A stretch of 63,989 nucleotides of DNA from Octopus bimaculoides (taxonomy: Eukaryota), in NCBI RefSeq assembly GCF_001194135.2, contig NC_069003.1, positions 10,772,532 to 10,836,520 on the forward strand, given 5' to 3'. Position numbers and translations under genes: made by a program. The stretch's first letter is position 1. Each line of letters begins with the position of its first letter. Under the pieces are notes generated by a model. That model was not told the DNA's origin. It saw nothing but the letters and a program-made list of their open reading frames with translations, and did no database searches. Of the stretch, positions 61,523-63,989 are shown piece by piece.

Positions 61523-61814
61523 CCAACCCACACCAGCATGGACAGCTGACATAAAGTGATATACAAATAAGCCCCTCCACAGCAGTATAAACAATTCAGA
61601 TACAAAGAACTCAATACAAGGAGGCAGAATAATATAATAGAATATTTTTTAATATGAGTCTACAAATGGCACCCAAACTTATCTGATATTTTCTCAATTT
61701 TTTTCTTTGTTTAGCCACTGGGGTCATTGGGATGGTGTTGCACCTGATATTTATAAATCCCAAAAGTACGACAAGGGACAGAATTGTTGGAATGGTCCAG
61801 ACCGATCAGTAAAG
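24008..61814 (+). CDS. PRKCSH: Glucosidase II beta subunit (PRKCSH/80K-H), 3'-incomplete: join(24008..24095,27312..27431,27698..27793,29106..29163,30765..30882,32715..32778,34370..34435,37849..37933,39876..39954,42277..42552,50913..51017,56514..56622,59250..59319,60629..60793,61715..61814)
   Basis: All 15 exons have AG/GT boundaries, compatible phases and no stops (1599 nt = 533 aa). Family motifs: [46 protein letters not shown]-hand-like loops, [46 protein letters not shown]. The terminal exon(s) are not in the window. Confidence 0.96.
25069..25189. mobile_element. Degenerate small MITE with telomere-like interior
   Basis: Imperfect arms GTCCCGACGCATC / GATGCATCGGGAC; interior taaccctaa..ccctaacactaaccctaac; no clean TSD. 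Confidence 0.4.
25568..25710 (-). mobile_element. RTE-clade LINE 3' fragment
   Basis: Minus strand: [42 protein letters not shown]. Confidence 0.65.
27312..27431 (+). CDS. PRKCSH: PRKCSH exon 2 ([39 protein letters not shown])
   Basis: Polypyrimidine tttttttcag acceptor, G|GTAAG donor, phase 1-1, LDLa-like motif. Confidence 0.96.
27698..27793 (+). CDS. PRKCSH: PRKCSH exon 3 ([32 protein letters not shown])
   Basis: ttttatcag acceptor, G|GTAGG donor, phase 1-1, conserved Cys motif. Confidence 0.96.
29106..29163 (+). CDS. PRKCSH: PRKCSH exon 4 ([19 protein letters not shown])
   Basis: tttttaatcag acceptor, AT|GTAAGT donor, phase 1-2. Confidence 0.95.
29907..30271 (-). mobile_element. SINE family C, full copy
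   Basis: Reverse complement of 41613-41985. Confidence 0.8.
30765..30882 (+). CDS. PRKCSH: PRKCSH exon 5 ([39 protein letters not shown])
   Basis: ttgcag acceptor, AAG|GTGAGT donor, phase 2-0. Coiled-coil segment following the conserved C-x-ELG. Confidence 0.93.
32253..32530 (+). mobile_element. RTE-related non-autonomous retroelement (family E) with (GAT)n tail
   Basis: Ends CATGGAAAACGGACGTTAAATGACGATGATGAT; flanked by TAATCT (32247-32252 / 32530-32535). Inverse copies at about 3200-3590, 15975-16150, 51680-51900. Confidence 0.7.
32715..32778 (+). CDS. PRKCSH: PRKCSH exon 6 ([21 protein letters not shown])
   Basis: atatatag acceptor, G|GTAAT donor, phase 0-1, coiled coil. Confidence 0.88.
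34370..34435 (+). CDS. PRKCSH: PRKCSH exon 7 ([22 protein letters not shown])
   Basis: T-rich ...gtcttcag acceptor, G|GTAAGT donor, phase 1-1. Matches the family pattern AE-x-PE-x-x-AK-x-x-H-x-x-x-WE. Confidence 0.92.
35790..36120 (-). mobile_element. RTE-clade LINE 3' fragment
   Basis: ORF 35793..36047: [44 protein letters not shown]. Confidence 0.8.
36416..36850 (+). mobile_element. tRNA-derived SINE family B, head-to-tail dimer with 18-bp TSD
   Basis: Head GGTGGCAAGCTGG..GAGTTCAAATTC, central GCCTTTCATCCTTTCGGGGTCGATAAATTAAGTACC; second unit starts at about 36645; ATTATATAAACACTCTAA at 36400-36417 and 36845-36862. Confidence 0.85.
37319..37536. mobile_element. piggyBac-like MITE
   Basis: TTAA-CCCTTTAGCATT ... 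AATGATAAGGGA-TTAA; related copies at about 36860-37110, 37150-37320, 55524-55752 and 55950-56178. Confidence 0.65.
37849..37933 (+). CDS. PRKCSH: PRKCSH exon 8 ([28 protein letters not shown])
   Basis: ctttttag acceptor, TT|GTAAGT donor, phase 1-2. AF-x-ELD starts the first EF-hand-like loop. Confidence 0.92.
38180..38960 (-). mobile_element. Degraded mariner (DD34D-type) transposase
   Basis: Frameshifted pieces [31 protein letters not shown] and [19 protein letters not shown] (track ORFs 38476..38679 and 38188..38466). Confidence 0.85.
39344..39707. mobile_element. Tc1/pogo(Tigger)-like MITE
   Basis: About 25-bp TIRs ((T)CGTAAATCCTCGAGTATAGTCC / GGATTATACTCGAGGATTTATGG) flanked by TA on both sides. 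Confidence 0.7.
39876..39954 (+). CDS. PRKCSH: PRKCSH exon 9 ([27 protein letters not shown])
   Basis: tttttctag acceptor, AAA|GTAAGA donor, phase 2-0. EF-hand-like loop [12 protein letters not shown]. Confidence 0.94.
40837..41289 (+). mobile_element. SINE family B head-to-tail dimer with 11-bp TSD
   Basis: Second unit starts at about 41066 (AAGAAACGTTAGC); AGAAATAAGCT at 40825-40835 and 41286-41296. Single copies at about 8090-8280, 17820-17975, 20540-20690, 22809-23030, 28480-28670, 44840-45040, 57278-57510, 59915-60115. Confidence 0.85.
41613..41985 (+). mobile_element. tRNA-derived SINE family C, full copy
   Basis: GGAGGCGCAATGGCCCAGTGG (A box), GGTTTCGATTCCC (B box); ends at a gap. 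Inverse copy at 29907-30271; partial copies at about 31360-31540, 34500-34800, 47330-47660. Confidence 0.8.
42277..42552 (+). CDS. PRKCSH: PRKCSH exon 10 ([26 protein letters not shown]... Pro/acidic tract ...GVDGHVQ)
   Basis: gtctag acceptor, CAG|GTAAGC donor, phase 0-0. F-x-x-x-x-WP-x-IK motif followed by the acidic region. Overlaps track ORF 42283..42570. Confidence 0.93.
42930..43290 (-). mobile_element. mariner 5' remnant (TIR + N-terminal HTH)
   Basis: [33 protein letters not shown] resembles the mariner N-terminus (x-x-ETY-x-KLQ-x-VYG...S-x-TQVYEWF-x-RF-x-x-GR); TA-flanked TIR-like end at 43290. Confidence 0.7.
44480..44581. repeat. About 51-bp tandem duplication
   Basis: TCATAA(A)AGGGTTAATTTTCCATYACTTTGAGAYCAATTAACTTAATTACA present twice. 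Confidence 0.8.
46053..46340. repeat. 20-bp minisatellite (GACCCCCTAACACTCGGYTY) spanning a gap
   Basis: About 4 units before and about 5 after the gap at 46131-46237. Confidence 0.9.
46512..46603. repeat. 35-bp tandem repeat, about 2.6 copies
   Basis: CTCACGGCCTCCCCCTCCTGTCTTGAGGATCCTGT units at 46512, 46547 and 46582. Confidence 0.85.
47864..48170 (-). mobile_element. mariner 3' remnant
   Basis: Minus strand encodes [21 protein letters not shown] (third-D motif); TIR-like TATGAAGTGGTATCAAAAAGTTC at 47864. Confidence 0.75.
48811..48985 (+). mobile_element. Short non-autonomous Penelope-like/retrozyme-type element carrying a hammerhead
   Basis: Same sequence recurs inverted at 52150-52287 and partially at 52297-52407; follows an (AAT)n tract. 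Penelope affiliation is inferred from hammerhead architecture; no RT or GIY-YIG ORF seen. Confidence 0.55.
48861..48906 (+). ncRNA. Minimal type I hammerhead ribozyme-like motif in a Penelope-type short element
   Basis: GACAC-CTGATGA-A-GGTTG(GAGGGTATAT)CAGCC-GAAA-TG-T-T-GTGTT. 5-bp stem I, 5-bp stem II, one extra A after A9, stem III reduced to one A-U pair (ACGT palindrome in the sister copy). Confidence 0.65.
49772..50166 (-). mobile_element. SINE family A, full copy
   Basis: Reverse complement of the 9601 and 62810 copies. Confidence 0.85.
50913..51017 (+). CDS. PRKCSH: PRKCSH exon 11 ([35 protein letters not shown])
   Basis: ttgtag acceptor, GTT|GTAAGT donor, phase 0-0, open acidic frame. 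This low-complexity linker has no conserved family motif to confirm it. Confidence 0.8.
51993..52073 (-). ncRNA. Type I hammerhead ribozyme-like fold with extended branched stem II
   Basis: Minus strand: GGCT-CTGATGA-A-GCTATAAG...CTTATAGC-A-GAAA-CAGTTG-T-A-AGCT. Inner GACAC/GTGTC hairpin, near-palindromic ACAG(T)TGT stem III, GUA site. Confidence 0.65.
52136..52420. mobile_element. Inverted composite of two copies of the 48811 element, flanked by a 14-bp direct repeat
   Basis: Minus copy about 52150-52287 and plus partial copy 52297-52407; TATTACCCACATAT at 52136-52149 and 52407-52420. Confidence 0.65.
52194..52239 (-). ncRNA. Mutated hammerhead copy (same family as 48861)
   Basis: Minus strand: GACAC-TTGATGA-A-GGCTG...CAACC-AAAA-CG-TT-GTGTT. 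C3 and G12 are mutated, so probably inactive. Confidence 0.55.
52965..53270 (-). mobile_element. Degraded Tc1/mariner-superfamily transposase (maT/DD37D-like)
   Basis: Across frameshifts and stops: [33 protein letters not shown] (HTH), then [29 protein letters not shown] (cf. LWFFSDEKNF). Confidence 0.65.
54378..54636. mobile_element. MITE/fold-back element with internal 30-bp tandem repeat
   Basis: Three full and two partial copies of ATTGACGACGGTGAACTTTCCCTGCGGTGT (from 54494); the left end TAAGTTCACTGCCATCAATTCA is the inverse of the right end TGAATTGATGGTGAACTTA. Confidence 0.55.
55524..55752. mobile_element. piggyBac-like MITE (same family as 37319)
   Basis: TTAA-CCCTTTAGCATTCAGATT ... 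AATGCTAAGGAG-TTAA. Confidence 0.65.
56514..56622 (+). CDS. PRKCSH: PRKCSH exon 12 ([36 protein letters not shown])
   Basis: T-rich ...gttatag acceptor, G|GTCAGT donor, phase 0-1. MPDYD-x-x-T-x-x-LI corresponds to the vertebrate MPPYDEQTQAFI segment. Confidence 0.92.
59250..59319 (+). CDS. PRKCSH: PRKCSH exon 13 ([23 protein letters not shown])
   Basis: poly-T ...atacag acceptor, AG|GTGAGT donor, phase 1-2. Confidence 0.94.
59331..59692 (+). mobile_element. Helentron-associated (HINE/DINE-1-like) non-autonomous element
   Basis: 5' TTACCTCCAC..GGCGGAGG hairpin, TTTG/TCTG microsatellite, 3' subterminal GGCAGAGGT followed by a short GCGCTCTCTGAGTAC hairpin, T-rich insertion site. Classification by architecture only. 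Confidence 0.55.
60629..60793 (+). CDS. PRKCSH: PRKCSH exon 14, start of MRH domain ([54 protein letters not shown])
   Basis: ctttgcag acceptor, GG|GTAAGT donor, phase 2-2. Clear MRH/PRKCSH motifs. Confidence 0.96.
61715..61814 (+). CDS. PRKCSH: PRKCSH exon 15, MRH domain ([34 protein letters not shown])
   Basis: tttgtttag acceptor, AAG|GTAAGG donor, phase 2-0. G-x-x-CWNGP-x-RS signature. Confidence 0.96.
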
Positions 61815-62809
61815 GTAAGGCTTTTTTTCCCTTTCTTTGTATTAATATATCTTTTATCTTTTTTTTTGTTTCGTTTACTTGTTCCAGCCATTTGACTGCA
61901 GTCATTCTGGGGCACTGCCTCAAAGAGTGTTAGCCAACCAAATCTACCCCAGAACTTATCTTTGTAAGCCTAGTACTTATTCTATTGATCTCTTTTGCCA
62001 AACTGCTAAGTTATGGAGATGTACACACACCAACACTGGTTGTCAAGTGATGGTTAGAGACACACACAGCATATTCATATATAGAACAGGGGGACAAACA
62101 AGGACAGACAAACGGATATAAGTCGATTATATCGACCCCAGTGCGTAACTGGTACTTATTTAACCAACCCCGGAAGGATGAAAGGCAAAGTTGACCTCGG
62201 TGGAATTTGAACTCAGAATGTAGCGGCAGACGAAATACCGCTAAGCATTTCGCCCGGTGTGCTAATAGACTTAATCCGTTTGTCTGTTCTTGTTTGTCCC
62301 CTCTGTGTTTGGCCCCTTGTGGGCAATAAAGAAATAAGAAACTGAAAAAAGGCTTGTCATGTGTATATAAAAATGTGTGTCTATGTCTTGACATCACATC
62401 CTGACAAATGATGTTCTTTCCAATCTTCTTTGGAAAACGTCTGGCCATGGGGAAATATTATCTTGCTTGGAAACAGATGAGGTTTGGCAACAGGAAGAGC
62501 ATCTGGCTATAGAAAATCTTCCTCAATGAATTCCATCTGACCCATGCAATCCTGGCAAAGGTAATGTTAAATAAGTGACACTTCCCTCGTTAGTGTGGCT
62601 CATGTATAAATGTGCTGTAGTAATGTATGCAAAGTGTAACAAAGGAAAAAAACCATGTGGAAATATAGTGAATAGTTAACTAGAGTAAGCTGTCAATATG
62701 ACCCTTTCATTACCATATTTATGTCGAAACATTTTTGTTTCAGTTAAATATGAAAATAATGAATTTAGTAAAATGTCTTTGTTAGCGCAGATATTGTTAG
62801 CGTTGTTAG

Positions 62810-62974
62810 GTGCAGGAGTGGCTGTGTGGTAAATAGCTTGCTTACCAACCACATGGTTCCGGGTTCAGTCCCACTGCGTGGCACCTTGGGCAAGTGTCTT
62901 CTAACATAGCCTCGGGCCGACCAAAGCCTTGTGAGTGGATTTGGTAGACGGACACTGAAAGAAGCCAGTCGTAC

Positions 62975-63022
<48 letters not shown>

Positions 63023-63250
63023 GTGTGTGTGTGTGTGTGTATGTATATGTTTGTGTGTCTGTGTTTGTACCCCCAGCATCGCTTGACAACCGATGCTGGC
63101 GTGTTTACGTCCCCGTAACATAGCGGTTCGGCAAAAGAGACCGATAGAATAAGTACTAGGCTTCCAAAGAATAAGTCCCGGGGTCGATTTGCTTGACTAA
63201 AAGGCGATGCTCCAGCATGGCCGCAGTCAAATGACTGAAACAAGTAAAAG
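62810..63250 (+). mobile_element. SINE family A, full young copy
   Basis: Collinear with 9601-9994, CpGs largely retained. Confidence 0.85.
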
Positions 63251-63811
63251 TGCTAGAGAGTTATTAATTATTTGGTGCATATTCGATGCAGTTTTGTTTT
63301 CTTATTCTGATGAATTGTGCACGCGAACAGTATACAATAAATTCATATTATATATTTGATAGCATATGTGACCTCCTTATCCCCACCAAAAATGTCTCAA
63401 AAAAAAAACGGACGTCGTCACCTCACGTCCTACATGTGAAGTTAGGCCTCTGGGGCCAAATTTGTCCCTAATGCTCACTTTTCTTGAATATGCCCTGCTG
63501 AAAGTCGTGTCTAATATGACATCAAAAACAGTATCTGTAATTTCTCCAGCTCCAAGATGGCGATGGTTTCAGCAAAGTTATTCCCCTTTAAATAAATTTA
63601 TTTCGTGCGTGTGTGCCTGGTTGGCTGTATATTGTGGTGAGGGGCTGGTAGTGTGTCGTGTATGGCTGGCTGTAATCTAGACTTGCTGTGTGTGTGTGTG
63701 TGTGTGTGTGCGCGCGCTTGGCTGGCTGTAATCATGGCTTCCTCTGTGTGTGAGCTATTCAATTATTTCTTGCTCACTCTACTTCGTCTGGTGTGCTCTT
63801 AATACTATAGG

Positions 63812-63989
63812 TACTCTTTTACTTGATTTAGTCATTTGACTGCGGCCATGCTGGAGCACCGCCTTTAGTCGAGCAAATCGACCCCAGGACCTATTCTTTG
63901 TAAGCCTAGTTCTTATTCTATAGGTCTCTCTTTTGCCGAACCGCTAAGTTACGGGGACGTAAACACACCAGCATCGGTTGTCAAGCGAT
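63812..63989 (-). mobile_element. SINE family A, young copy truncated by the window end
   Basis: Near-identical to 49772-49950 and inverse of 63077-63250. Confidence 0.85.

Overview
AT-rich, microsatellite- and SINE-dense eukaryotic scaffold with about 11 N-gaps. The repeat families look like those of an octopus/cephalopod genome (inference from recognition, not a database search). The only well-supported protein gene is a plus-strand glucosidase II beta subunit (PRKCSH). I traced 15 GT-AG exons from 24008 to 61814; they splice in frame to 1599 nt/533 aa: signal-like N-terminus, LDLa-like Cys region, coiled coil, two EF-hand-like loops, long Pro/acidic linker, and most of the MRH domain. Its last exon(s) and the expected HDEL-type signal lie beyond the window. 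A CpG-rich unique region at about 8.7-11.6 kb, plus a motif cluster at about 14.85 kb, may be the 5' end of a leftward gene (weak). The rest is transposon debris: several tRNA-derived SINE families, mariner/Tc1 remnants, piggyBac-, pogo- and Merlin-like MITEs, a Helentron-associated-type element, and RTE/Tx1 LINE ends. The most interesting signal is invisible to the ORF track: short non-coding elements from five unrelated sequence families each carry a type I hammerhead ribozyme fold (1972-2073 +, 2285-2320 -, 8558-8634 -, 48861-48906 + with a second copy at 52194-52239 -, and 51993-52073 -). Most have a tiny or palindromic stem III, as in Penelope-like-element/retrozyme hammerheads. Almost all supplied ORFs are artefacts of simple repeats, N-gaps or TEs. 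Exon, ribozyme and TSD coordinates were counted by hand; TE boundaries are approximate.
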